The notes beneath the pieces are model-generated. The model made no database searches. It was not told the origin of the DNA and was given only the letters and a program-made list of their open reading frames with translations. From assembly GCF_009914755.1 (NCBI RefSeq), contig NC_060946.1: a stretch of 64,000 nt of DNA; one strand, given 5' to 3'. The DNA is from the human T2T-CHM13v2.0 reference genome, Homo sapiens. Below are positions 13,569-25,503 of this stretch, in pieces. The stretch's first letter is position 1. Each line of letters begins with the position of its first letter. A program made the position numbers and the translations under genes.

Positions 13569-14169
13569 CCGAGATAATATATTCTCTCTTCTTCTGTCTT
13601 TCTCTTGAAGCGTTGACAAAAGAGTAGTGTCATGGCTGGGCTAGATCTGAAATGTTCAAATAGAACTGTTTCCTTCAAAGTTGTAGAGCTCCTCTAGCAT
13701 CCAGAAGTTGGAAGTCAGTTTGACTTTTTGTCCGTGTTTGGCAGGCTGCTTCTTCCGTCTTCAGATTTGGAAGGTTGTTACTCCAGCCACCTCACTGTGT
13801 CATGTGTACCTAGGTGCTGTTCTTTCATCAAATTTGCCTGATAATGAGTGCTTTTGATATGCAGATTTGGATATTTTTTGAGCTCCAGAACGTGTTCTAT
13901 TTATGTCTTTGAAGATTGCTTATTTCCTGTGAAAACCAAGAGTTCCTTCCCATTTGCAACCAAAGTGAAATCAGTATTTTCCAGCACAGTCATTTCCCCC
14001 TCTGCAGGCCTGGCCAGGATGCTGTCCCAGCCCTCCCTGCCTCCACGGCCCTGATATCCCCTGCCTGACTAGGTCGGCCTCCTCCCTGCTCCTGAAGACT
14101 GGCTCTGGAGAGGCTGTGGCCCCTGCCGTCCTCTCTGCCATGGACATTCTCCCCTCAGTCCTCTGCAAG

Positions 14170-14405
14170 GCTGCCTCTCACTCAAATGCCAAGACATTTC
14201 CAGAACATCCTAGCTGAAGGGGCACTTGCCCATCACAAGCCCCAGCCACGGGGTCTCACTCTTCTTATGGCATTAGTCAGTCACTGAGATGATCTTATTT
14301 TTCTCATATTTTTAGCACCCTCCACCTGAGGGCAGGGGCTCTGTCCCCTTGCTCTCTGCTCTAGCCACAGTGCCTCAAACACAGCCTGGTATGCAGCAGG
14401 CACCC
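14170..14405 (+). mobile_element. L2 3' fragment
   Basis: CCTGAGGGCAGGGGCTCTGTC...CAGTGCCTCAAACACAGCCTGGTATGCAGCAGGCAC resembles the L2 3' end. Confidence 0.6.
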
Positions 14406-14979
14406 TTGGGTAGGACACCTTTGGGTGGGGCTGCCTGACCCAACCCCACAGCAGAACCACCACTTCCCCACATGCTGGGTGTCTATGGTCTCACAAGCCC
14501 TCCCATGTACCTGGTGCAATTCTAGATTCTTCTGAAACGAGCACCCGTGTTACTGCTGGGCTCTCCCAAAGGTTTGAATCTGCTCATTGCTACCATCTTA
14601 TAACTCTGATGCTGCTGGGTTTGTTGAAAATACCACTTCCTCTTCTCAGCTCCCTGGGTTTTCTTCTCGCCTTTCCACCTGCTCCTTCTCTGTGTTCTCA
14701 TGAGTAAGAGCCCTCCAGCCAGCAGCAGCTCCCTGGCCTCTGCTTGATTCTTGTACTCAGTCCTTTGAAAAATAAGGTCTCCTCCCACCTGTTGCAGGAA
14801 ACATTATTTCGGGGGTACATCAGTGGTTGGCTGGCCTTCAGGTTGCTCTGATTTGAACAATCCTTGCTGCTTTTCTGCGTGCCCTGCTAGCAGAGCCCTA
14901 ACTCTCACCTGCCGTTAATTATGCCTTATCCCATTGTGCATCCTTTCCCTGCTGCCCCGCCCACCACCTGTGAAACGTC

Positions 14980-15090
14980 AGCTCCCTGAGGGCCTTTGTC
15001 CACTGCCAGAGCTCCCATGGAGCATGCGCCCAGCAAGCGCACGGAGAATGTTTGTGAATGAAGACATGAATGGACAAGTGAATGAGTGCA
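14980..15090 (+). mobile_element. L2 3' terminus
   Basis: GCTCCCTGAGGGC...AATGTTTGTGAATGAA...GAATG repeats. Confidence 0.5.
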
Positions 15091-15351
15091 TGGGCGGCAA
15101 GTAGCTCTCATTGAGTCCTACAAGATGTGGCCCCAAGGCCCTGTGACTTCTATACCCACCACATGCAAGCTCTGTCCCCCAGCAGCCACAGTGTCCCCTC
15201 CAGGCAGCCTCTAATAATGAATGAATGACTACATGAATGAATGAATGGTTATCAATTACTAATTAGAATTAGCATCTTCTTTGACTCTTCGCTTACTGCT
15301 GTGATTCAGTCCGGCCTTCAAGTACCCTCAGCTTGTTGCAGGTTCAGTGAT

Positions 15352-15836
15352 TGAAGTGGACAGACCCTCTAGAGGCCCTGTGATCCTCACCCCCCAGAGT
15401 GACATATCCCCTTGAGTGTGGGTGGGCCTCTGACTTTGCCATAGATTATGCAAAGGTGATGAGATGTCACTCTCATGATCAGGTCTCCTAAGATTGAGAC
15501 TCTGTCCTTGCTGAGACAGTCCCTCTTCACTTGCTCAGAAGAAGCAAGCTGCCCTGTTGTAGTGAACGGCCCTCAGGGGAGGGCGGGGCAGGATAGTAAG
15601 GACCTAAGGCCTGGGCTGACGGCCTACAAGGGGCAGAAAGCTGCCAAAAACCACATGAGCTTGGACTCTCCCAGCCGAGCCTCAGATGAGACCCCAGCCC
15701 TGGTTGACGCTGGATTCTAGCTTCACAGAGGACCTTGCTGGGCCTTGCCTGACTCAACCCACAGGAACACAACGTGTGCTGTTGGAAGAGGACATGTCTC
15801 TGCAACACTGCTGTGCAGCCCTAGATAACTAACACA
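15352..15836 (+). mobile_element. MLT1 (E/F/G-type) MaLR LTR
   Basis: CCCTTGAGTGTGGGTGGG, GCAAAGGTGATGAGATGTCAC, GAGCCTCAGATGAGACCCCAGCCCTGG, end TAGATAACTAACACA. Confidence 0.75.
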
Positions 15837-17497
15837 GTGACCTGGTCACACAAAGCAATGGTCAGGATCCTGGGATTGGGGATTCCCAGCTCCAACATAT
15901 CCCTTTCTGTTAACAGCACCTGCTCTGCCTGGGTCAGCCCCACTGGGGTGAGTCTCCTTCCAGCTCAGGGATAGCCCTTTCTCTCTGGTCAGCAGCCACT
16001 TTACACATGGCCCCTGCCGAGGCCCCAACCATCTCTGCAGCTGCTGTGGCTGCTGCGTCTGTCTGTGGAGCTCATGTAAACCCTGGGCAGAAGCCTTGGG
16101 CTATGAGAAGGAAGATGCCTTCTGCTTTCTGTGCAAAGGTGCTGCTGCCTGAGGCTCCTTGTCTGAACCCCAAAGGCTGTCACCTTCCTAACCCCCGATT
16201 TAACCCCAAGAAAAGCTGTCCTCTGAGTCCCATGGCCCTCCCTCCAAAGCTTCACTTCTCTCCAGGCCTACAGTGTCTGGGGCACAGGCTTTCTTCTACA
16301 TATTAATGCTTAAAGGCATGATTTGCTAGTCATTTTTTTACAAAATTTTGCAAAAAATAATTCCTCAAATATTCAGCCATTTAGATTACACAGGTTTTTG
16401 CATACTTATATATGTTCTGGGTCACTTTTCTTTTTACAGTTGGACACAGGAGGAAAGAATCAAATGTATATCTTCATGCATTTTCCCAGAACCATAGAGA
16501 ATCCATATGGTGTGTAGTCTGCTAACAGTGAGATAAACCCTCTGTTATTAGTCTCTGAAATTAAATACCTAAAGAACCAGGCTCAGAATTACCACCACCA
16601 AGCACGGGTGGAACCAAGTACTTTGTTATTAATCCCATCTGTATTTGCATATTCCAGTTGGGAAGACAGCTGTGTACATTGTTATCATTGTCATCATCTC
16701 TGTCATTATTTTGAACGACATTCATTGATCATTTCCTATATGAGAGCGCCTCTGCAAGGATAGATAGATGGGAGGATTGACTTCTCTTTTAAATCCCCAT
16801 AACAATTTGGCACAATTCAGTAAATACACACTTTATAGACTTCCTGAAACTGCCTGGCTGGGTGCTGGCCCTCTGTGGATTTATCGCTCACCCCTGACCT
16901 GATCGTGTATAATGGGAAACTGCGTCGGCCTTTGGCTGGCTCAGAACAAAGGACCCACCTGTACCACAGCTGAGCTGAGAGAATGGAGGCATTTGTCCTT
17001 AACTCAGAACAGTCCCCAGACTTATTGATCTCAGAACCAAATGTCAAATACCCCACTTTCCGAAATAATTGTCTCTCTTGAAAGTTCTGTGCAAATTGAA
17101 TTTTTATAAATCAAATTGTATTGTAAAGCCAGTAAAGAGAAGTGCTGCTTATGGGAAGCTTGTTTGCCTTACTTTATAAATGGAAGCAAACCGTGCTATG
17201 AATAAGAGCTGTTAGTTAACTTTGCTTATAAAGCCTTTTGAAAATGTTCACTTTTTTTTTTTATAATATTTGTTTTTTTGAAAGGGGGGTTGCCAGTTCT
17301 GCGACTGTATGTTTGGAACATCAATGAAGCGGGGGCCTTGAGAGTATCCGGAGTCGAAAAGGATTTCCCATTCCAGGGAAGGGTCTGGAATAGTAAAGAA
17401 GGCATGGCTTCTAGAGTCCTCTGCTATCCCCTCATGACACATTGATTGAGCACAGTCGGTGCCAGCCACCTTTCCAGTCTTGGGTCACTCCTGAGTC

Positions 17498-17682
17498 CAG
17501 TGGGTCTCCAGTGTGAGTGTGCACCACAGTCACCCGGGGGTCTATCAAAACACAGGCCTTGGTGCTCCCACCCCCAGAGTTTCTGACTCGGTAGGTCAGG
17601 ATATAGCTTGAGAATGTGCATTTCTAGTGAGTCCTCAGGTGGTGCTGAGGCTGCTGGTTCTGACGCACTTTGAGAATCACTG
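17498..17682. mobile_element. MER5A (hAT-Charlie MITE)
   Basis: TIRs CAGTGGGTCTC / GAGAATCACTG; internal CCCCAGAGTTTCTGACTCGGTAGGTC and GAATGTGCATTTCTA. Confidence 0.85.
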
Positions 17683-18301
17683 ATCGGTGAATACACGAAA
17701 GTCCTTCCCGTTCTGGGAGTTGATAGTCTCTACAGAACCGTGCCTTCCTTTTCTGGCCCTGTGAGTCTTAGCTGGCAATGAACACGGAAGCTGGCTTGTC
17801 TATGACGTCCCTTCGCGGTGCTGTAGGGATTTAGTATTCAGCATGTGGAAGGTTCTCAGTAAGACTTCTTCTTATCTTTGAGTTTGGAAACATGATTGAC
17901 AGAAATTCAGTTTGACTTGTTGGGGTATGAATCTGTAGATGTGGGTCTGAGTTCTGATTCGGTGAGATCCGTCTGTATAACTCAGTCATCCTTTCACTGC
18001 TTGGACATTTATTTCCTTTTCTATGGAATGCATTCACTTCTTCATTCATTTCAACAGATAATCATAGAGCACCAACTCTATCTGCACCATGGATTTTGCA
18101 AGCTCCTGGGAATGCAGAAGAGAACATTACAAATGGCTTTGCTGGCTTTGTGGGATTCAAAAATAGCCATCAAAACAAGTCTGAAGCAACTCACACAACT
18201 AATTTTAATGGTGGCCACTGCCAGGGTAACCAGTTCATTGAAGAAATGACTCTCGGCAGGGATCAGAACACAACTTACATTCTGTATCGCTGTGCCTTCA
18301 A

Positions 18302-18620
<319 letters not shown>

Positions 18621-18977
18621 CTGCGCCTTCAAATTTACCAGTGTTGGGGGGAGATGCTTTCATCTCTCCCTTCCCCAGTAAAACTCAGCAGGTCCCAGAA
18701 CTTTTCTGCTCAATAGAGACAATCCTACACTCCTGTAGGTTGCAAAGCACACTCTCACTTTAGGAATTAAAATGGCTAGTCTACCTATTATTTGCACTTT
18801 ATTCAAAGGCAACATTTCCACTCTTTTGCACCTTCCCTGCTACCCCCTCAGGCAGCTGATGGTTGGGCCACTGCACCTGGGAAAAAGAGGCATTAATCAG
18901 GCTCCAGTCCAAAGCAAAATCCATTCCAGGTGTTTCAAGCAGAGGATGATTCATTCAGGGGAATGGTCACAGGTGTA

Positions 18978-19600
18978 GAGACTATGTTGATTTGCATCAA
19001 TGACAATATCAGAACTGGAAGAGCAGCTGTGATTGTGTTCACCTTCTGTTCAATTTTAAGAAAATTGGGCCATTTTTCTCCAAGATTCATTTATCTTCTG
19101 CACAGGACAAGCTGTCAAGTTATATGGGGACATGGTACCACCCGCACACGTACATTGGCAGACTTTTGAGAGTGACCCTTCTCTGCAGTTCCCTGGGACT
19201 GAGGAATTCCTTTTGTTCACTCTCATAGTACAGAGTCCCAGGGCCTACCATTTAGTTTTTCCCACCACAAAATCTTGCACACTATAGTCCAGGGAGTCAT
19301 GTGACTTTCTGCCAGTTGTCAAGGCTGTCTATTCTATTACACACTGAGAAACTGGGAAAAAAAACCTGTCAAGCCATTATCTGGATTGCCTGGGCCCATT
19401 CATTATTGACCACCATTCCTGGGGGATTTCAGTGGCATTTGAGATCCAAGGAATTGGCATCAATTCGGATGCAGGGTAGAGTGAAGAGAGAAGACGCAGG
19501 TCATTTCTCTTTGTCAGAGCCGCATCTCACTCCAGTCAATAGCTGAAGGACCCTTTGGGAAAAGGTGAGAGGAATATCAACAGTATCCCCCTGTAAATGT
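18978..19600 (-). pseudogene. ERVL protease and RT N-terminus remnant
   Basis: DTVDIPLTFSQRVLQLLTGV (cf. YTVNL.P.LPQRDLRPFTRV); VVGKTKW (cf. MVGKAKW); TMSPYNLTACPVQKINESWRK and KIEQKVNTITAALPVLILSLMQIN (cf. SPFNSPIWPVQKTDGSWRM..KLNQVVTPIAAAVPDVVSLLEQIN). Confidence 0.82.
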
Positions 19601-19639
19601 ATTTCGGAATCCTTCTGCACAGAGACTCAAATTCCCCTT

Positions 19640-21330
19640 CAACCAACCAGCTCTGGGTCTACAGAGAGGGTTCGATGTGGAAGCTGAGAGTGCATGACTC
19701 ACCAGCATGTCCTCGACAGTTGGGTTTCTACCCACCAGAACCTGGAGATGTCCTGTATTTCCTATGTCAAATAGCATTAGTGAACTTTCCCTGTATTGCA
19801 TTCGCATCAATGCCATGACCAGTTGTCAGTGCTGAAGATGCCTGACATGGCTCCATCTCTCACTCAGATGTTGCCTTCTGGTCTTTCCTTCTTTAGGACC
19901 CTATTATCCCAAGCTTACCAAAGAGCTTTCCAAGAACACTACTGCTCCTCTGGCAAATGCATCTCTTGGTAGTGTCTTCTGGGCTCTCCCAGGGAGGGTC
20001 ACGGGGAAAGGGATACACAAGACATACACCAGAAGTCTACTCCAACGTTCCTGGGTTTCTCAGCCTTGGTATTCCATTTTCCGCATTATGCCGGGGAAGA
20101 TTTGGCATCTCAAATGGATGTAGGTCATCGGTGAGTCCAAGTTTCAGTAAATCAATCAAGAAAACTGTTAGAAACTCTTTCAGCTTCTTGAGCTAACACA
20201 TTAAATCCAGGCTCTCTGGTGAGTACACCGCTACCAGTAAATTTGGTCCGATCTCAATTTATCTTCCATCTTCTTTGGTCTGACACCCTTTAAATTCATT
20301 TCTACACATATTCTTCACATTTCTGCTGGTGAAAATTAGCAATATCTCGTGATTCTTTTATACTATAAACTACCTCCTCCCAGGGCAGATGTTACAGTTG
20401 CCCTCCCAGTGATGTATAGGAAGTTCCAACTCTGGTTATAGGTAAAAGGGGTGAAGAGGGTGGGTTTGGGGAGAATAGCCATCACTTTGCAAGTCACCTT
20501 CTTCAGGTGAGCATATTACAAGATCTCTGCACAAGGCTGAGTTATCTAGACTCCTCAGAGATCGAGACCAGGCATGCTGGCGAGGGACCCTCAGAGAGTT
20601 TCAGGTGTTCAAGATTCCCAACTTTATTTAAGTCCATCCAGATGTATCCATTGGAAGTCTCAAAATTCCATTTTTCCCAGTCGATCAGCTCTCTAACTTT
20701 CATGTAACAGAGTCAGCAGGTGTGTGAATTCAACTTATGTTATAATTCTGCAACATGTGCACATACATTGTGTTTCTGATTTCCAACACGTTTCTCACTG
20801 CAGCTACAAAAACAGAGATATTATTTTAGGGCTGCTCTGAAATCACTTTGGTTCTCTCACCATGACTTAAGCTGAGCCTTTCTAGCCCCAGGTTTGTCAT
20901 TTTCTCTATAAGCTCTCCAGTATAATAAAAACTATACCCCCACAATCCCTGTAGTCATATGGTAAAAGTATCATATGACTGTCACTCCACAATCCCCGCA
21001 ATCCCTGTAGTCATATGGTAAAAGTACCACATGACTCTCACCTCACAATCCCGCAAACCCTTGTAGTCATATGGTAAAAGTACCACATGACTCTCACCTC
21101 ACAATCCCCAAAACCCTTGTAGTCATATGGTAAAAGTATCATAACGGTCAAGTGAAGCAGCCACCCTCCAGCATGGGATCCCACAGACACTGCATCATGA
21201 TGAACAGCAGGTGAATGCTTCAATTGTGATGCCATGACACGCCATGAATTTAATGGTGTCTGATTGCCTAACGCTTCTGAGTTCAGCCTTGCATTTAAGA
21301 CCTAGGATATGACCAAACTGATTCCAGAAT
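19640..21330 (-). pseudogene. ERVL gag remnant (many stops and frameshifts)
   Basis: From 20379 downward: EEVVYSIKESRDIANFHQQKCEEYV*K*I*RVSDQRRWKIN*DRTKFTGSGVLTREPGFNVLAQEAERVSNSFLD*FTETWTHR*PT, then in a shifted frame EMPNLPRHNAENGIPRLRNPGTLE*. This is colinear with ERVL gag YTPKEL..NLYKQKSGE..WEWILRVWD...SRDSAFNV...SNSL..WL.E.W..RWPT..ELEMPDLPW.NVEEGIQRLREIGM.EW. Confidence 0.85.
20941..21143. repeat. 56-bp minisatellite, about 3.6 copies, each with a hairpin
   Basis: GTAGTCATATGGTAAAAGTA starts at 20951, 21007, 21063 and 21119 (exact period 56). Confidence 0.95.
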
Positions 21331-21582
21331 CCCATCTTTGAGGGTCTATTTCCTGGGCTGGAACTACCTCTGGTACTGAATGACATAATGGCCAGGAGTC
21401 AATCACGGAAACAACCTCCACAGGCATTCAACAGATGGAATTTAATATAGGGTATTTTTTTTTACACAAGTATTGAAAGGGTGAAGACCAAGAAAGGAAA
21501 ATCATAGCAAGCCATAAGTAATAACTGAAGGAAACAAAATACCACCCCTAGAGCTGGGAAAACAGCAGACAAGAAGCTAGGG

Positions 21583-22146
21583 TGTTTTAGTCAGGGTTCT
21601 CTAGAGGGACAAAACTAATAGGAGATATATATAGATATATAGGTATATAGATATATATACACACACACATATATATGATATATGATATATATATCCTGTA
21701 ATATATATAATAGGATATATATATATATCCTATTCTCCCCTTTATATATATATATATAAATGGGAGTTTATTAAGTATTAACTCACATGATCACAAGGTC
21801 CCACAATAAGCCATCTGCAGGCTGAGGAGCAAGGAAGCCAGCCTGAGTCCCCAAACTGAAGAACCTGGAGTCCGATGTCCAACGGCAGGGAGGGTCCAGC
21901 ACGGGAGAAAGATGCAGGCTGGGAGCCTAGGCCAATCTAACCTCTTCATGTTTTTCTGCCTGCTTTATCCTGGCCACAGTGGCAGCTGATTAGATGGTGC
22001 CCACCCAGATTAAGTGTGGGTCTGCCTTTCCCAGCCCACTGAATCAAATGTTAATCTCCTTTGGCAACACCCTCACAGACACACCCAGGGTCAATACTTT
22101 GCATCCTTCAATCCAATCACATTGACACTCAGTGTTAACCATCACA
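21583..22146 (-). mobile_element. MLT2A1/MLT2A2 (HERVL) solo LTR with expanded (TA)n
   Basis: TTAGTCAGGGTTCTCTAGAGGGAA-type start (TTAGTCAGGGTTCTCTAGAGGGAC)...CAATCCAATCACATTGACACTCAGTGTTAACCATCACA; near-TSD TAGGG/TGGGG. Confidence 0.93.
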
Positions 22147-23454
22147 TGGGGTTACCAGATCCTATGGACACTGAAGAGGAGCTGCATGGAGCTGTGGACG
22201 AACGTTCTGAGGGTGAAGTATGTTCCAGCTGTTACTACTACCCCTGAGAGGGCACCACCTCTGCTCCCTTTGCCTGCCCCTTCTCCCCCACCCAAGACTA
22301 GAAAGCAGCATTTACCAACCTGGCTCCTGGAACGTTTGTATGCGTAGATCTTGTTTGAGCACTAGCAAGAAGAGGAGAAAGGCTGGGAAAGGCACACCCA
22401 CTCTTAATCTGGTTAGGCACCATCTAAACAGCTGCCAGTGTGGCCAGGATAAAGCAGGCAGAAAAACATGAAGAGGTTAGGTATGTGTTTAGAACTGGTA
22501 GCAACCAGAGTGGGTTGATTTGCCATGGAGGTGAAATGTATCCTCCAAAGAGCAGAAAGACAAGAGCTCAGAGAATCAGGGCAATTTAGGAGTTGGAAGA
22601 CAAGGATGAGAGAGAAAGAGGGTTACAGCCCCTTGTGAAAAGAATATTGAGAACAGCAGAAGTGAAGAAAGCATTTGGAAGGCATTTGGCAGGGAAATAA
22701 GAATATACTTCCCTCTCTCTGATGCTTTTTGAGAGAAATAACAGCAGGGATTTGAACTGCATTAAGATTCGGGCACACGGCAGTTTCAGGGGTTTTCAGT
22801 CTGCCTGGATGTCTATTACTGGGACTAGGCTAAATAACCTGGAGGAAATTCTCCTAACTACACTACTGACATTCTAGGTAGGAGCCAGAAGCAGTTGCTC
22901 TTTTTTTTTTTTTTTTTTTCCCTTTTGGACCTCAGGTGCAAAAGGGGCTCCTCACATCCTTGTTTCCTATCAAGCTCATTACTGTCAGCAGCTAAGACGG
23001 GACTCCCACTCCTCTTTCGGCAGTTGTTCTCCACAACCAAGCATCCCAGCCACCTTTGCCTCTCGCCCTGACATCTGCACTGGTGTGTGTGATATATGCG
23101 ATTAGATAGATGTGTAACTTAGAGAAATAGGCAGTGTTGTGTATGCATGTACATAAATAAATAGATTAAAATTTATGTAAAATAGTGTGCTATAAATCTC
23201 ATTTGGTTTCTTACATTTTACACCAAAGCACCATATATTCAAGATTTTCTTCTGTTGCTCTGTAGCTCATAATCACGGCTTCTGGCTCCTGCGTAGAATA
23301 TCAGGAGTGCAGTTAGGAGAATTTTCTCCAGTGTTACTTAGCCGAGTCCCGGTAATAGTCATCCAGGCAATACTGCCATGTGCTAAATCTGTTTGTGGAT
23401 TTCTCTAGGGTGTGCCTCTGGGAGAGTAATACAACACGGTATTTCTTGCTTGTT

Positions 23455-23680
23455 ATTAAATTGAGATATAATGTACATGCCATAAAATTTGCCCTTATAA
23501 AGTCTACAATTCAGTGGATTTTAGTATTTTCACAAATATATTCAGATTACCGCAATCTAATTCCAGAAGATTTTTGTTACCACATTAAAAAAATTCCTGT
23601 TCCCATTAGCAGTCACTTCCCAACCCTCCACCAACCACGGGCAACTGCTGCCCTACTTTCTGTGTGGATTTGTCTATATT
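23455..23680 (-). mobile_element. L1MB 3' end fragment
   Basis: TTGAGATATAATGTACATGCCATAAAATT...TACAATTCAGTGGATTTTAGTAT...CCCATTAGCAGTCAC. Confidence 0.75.
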
Positions 23681-24502
23681 TCTTTCCTTTTAAAAAAATG
23701 TTGTTTATTAAGTTATTGACTCTCTGATGTAGAAAGTTAAATTAATTATACATGTCAGACTATAAAGCATGAGCCTATTTTTTTTTTAAATGACCTAATT
23801 CCTCTCTGATCCCCACTTCCTCTCTCCCCTTCATTGGCACCTGCTTTGGAGTTTCGGGTTAACTGTGATGTTAACTATGTTAACTAATTATACTTAGGAC
23901 ATATAGAGTATCCTTTTGTGTGCATTTTTTTCACGTACACAGAGATATTGTGCTAGAGTTTCTTACTTTCTCACTCAACTCTACCATTTGGGATCCAGAC
24001 AGAGGGTACAGTGCAGCGGCAACAGCAGCCTTTGCGGAAATACAGTTTCCCATGAAAGGGGACCGGAGCCCACTGGAGAAACTGGTGATTCCATGATAGG
24101 GCAAAAAAAAAAGTCCAAAAAGAGCCTGGAATATCTCTTCATACTTCCCAGCAGGAAAGCTATCAGAGGCCAGCAGGGACACACGAAATATCCTCAGAAA
24201 ACAAATTCGAGATCAATAAAGATATAAACTGCCATGCACCAGAAAACATCCCATAGATTTAAATCTTAAGTACATACTAATCCTGGAAAAAAATAACTCA
24301 TTGATCAGTACTGGAGGATAGCAGGGAATAGACGCATTTAATTTGGAAAGTGGAAGCATTAGGAAAACACCAAGCTTTGTTCTGCTTTACCTGCTTGAAT
24401 TTATCTGAACATAACTAAACCATAGATGAGGGAAAGTTTCTGTCTACAAAATGATTTCAGCTAATGAATGAAAAAGAAATGATAAAGTTTGACTGTCTTT
24501 TG

Positions 24503-24947
24503 AAGCCCCTCAAATTGGGGCATAGGCTGGGAGGGTTCTTGGCTTTACCCAGGAAAGAATTCAAGGGTGAGCCAGTGGTATTAAACAGCAGCTTTTATTG
24601 AGGCAGCAGCAGAGGTTCTGCTCCTTGCAGAGCAGGGCTCCCCCATGGGCAGTGCGCTCAGAGCAGGAGCTCAGAGGCAGCTCTGCACTCATATTTATAT
24701 CCACTTTTAATTATATGCAAATTAAGAGGCAGTTTATGCAGAAATTTCTAGGAGAAAGGTGGTAACATCTGGGTTGTTGGGGCGTTATCATGAAAGGGGG
24801 TGGCAACTTCCGGGTGTTGCCATGGCAATGGTAAACTGGCATGGCGTTTTATGGGGAGGTGCTTCTGCCCCGACCTGTTTTAGCTAGTCCTCAGTTTGGT
24901 CCAGTGTCCAAGCCTCGCCTCTGGAATCTAGTCTGCCTCCGACTTCA
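24503..24947 (-). mobile_element. MER66-type ERV1 solo LTR
   Basis: Plus-strand GGGAGGGTTCTTGGCTTTACCCAGGAAAGAATTCAAGGG, ATATTTATATCCACTTTTAATTATATGCAAATTAAG, ACTTCCGGGTGTTGCCATGGCAATGGTAAAC and TTTTAGCTAGTCCTC match the reverse complement of MER66. Confidence 0.85.
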
Positions 24948-24972
24948 TTATAATTTTTAGACTTTAATGAAT

Positions 24973-25334
24973 TAGTGGATATAGGCAATGATCATAAGTA
25001 GCTGTTCACATAAAATGAGAAACAAACAGACATCGTGTAGTTTAGAGATAAAAATATCATCTCTGAAATACTTTGGCCTAAATAAAATAAAACAAAGCAA
25101 AAGAACCTAATCTGTTCAAGTTTCTAGACCTTTCAATTTCCAGGAAATTCAGGAGACAAGAACATCCTAAATTATTTCATGCAGACGTGGCTGCGAGAAA
25201 CCCTATGGGACAAACATCCTGGTTTCTTCAACAAATGGAATTCACAGATTAAAAAGAAAGATGAGAGGGAGAACCCACGGAAAGGTTTAGAGACTTAATA
25301 TACAGATAGACCAATAGAGATACACCATGTATGG

Positions 25335-25381
<47 letters not shown>

Positions 25382-25503
25382 CTTTGTTTTATTTCATTTA
25401 GGCAAAAGTATTTCAGAGATGATATTTTTATCTCTAAGCTACATGATGCCTGGTTGTTTCCCATTTTATGTCAACAGCTACTTATAATCGTTGCCTATAT
25501 CCA

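Larger units (their letters stand above)
18890..22330 (-). mobile_element. Ancient ERVL-class provirus fossil (HERV16/ERV3-16A3-like interior; LTR family uncertain) with pol/3' region deleted
   Basis: Minus-strand order: 5' LTR (about 22330-21385, split by MLT2A); leader AGTACCAGAGGTAGTTCCAGCCCAGGAAATAGACCCTCAAAGATGGGATTCTGG; gag; protease; RT N-terminus; then an LTR-end-like segment (18890-18975) similar to 21390-21475. Confidence 0.8.

Noticed and set aside
13123-13608. 161-aa ORF
   Set aside because: Antisense read-through of a THE1 LTR, with no recognisable homology.
20941-21143. CRISPR-like array of palindromic repeats
   Set aside because: The spacers are homologous to each other, there are no cas genes, and the context is primate. 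It is a minisatellite.
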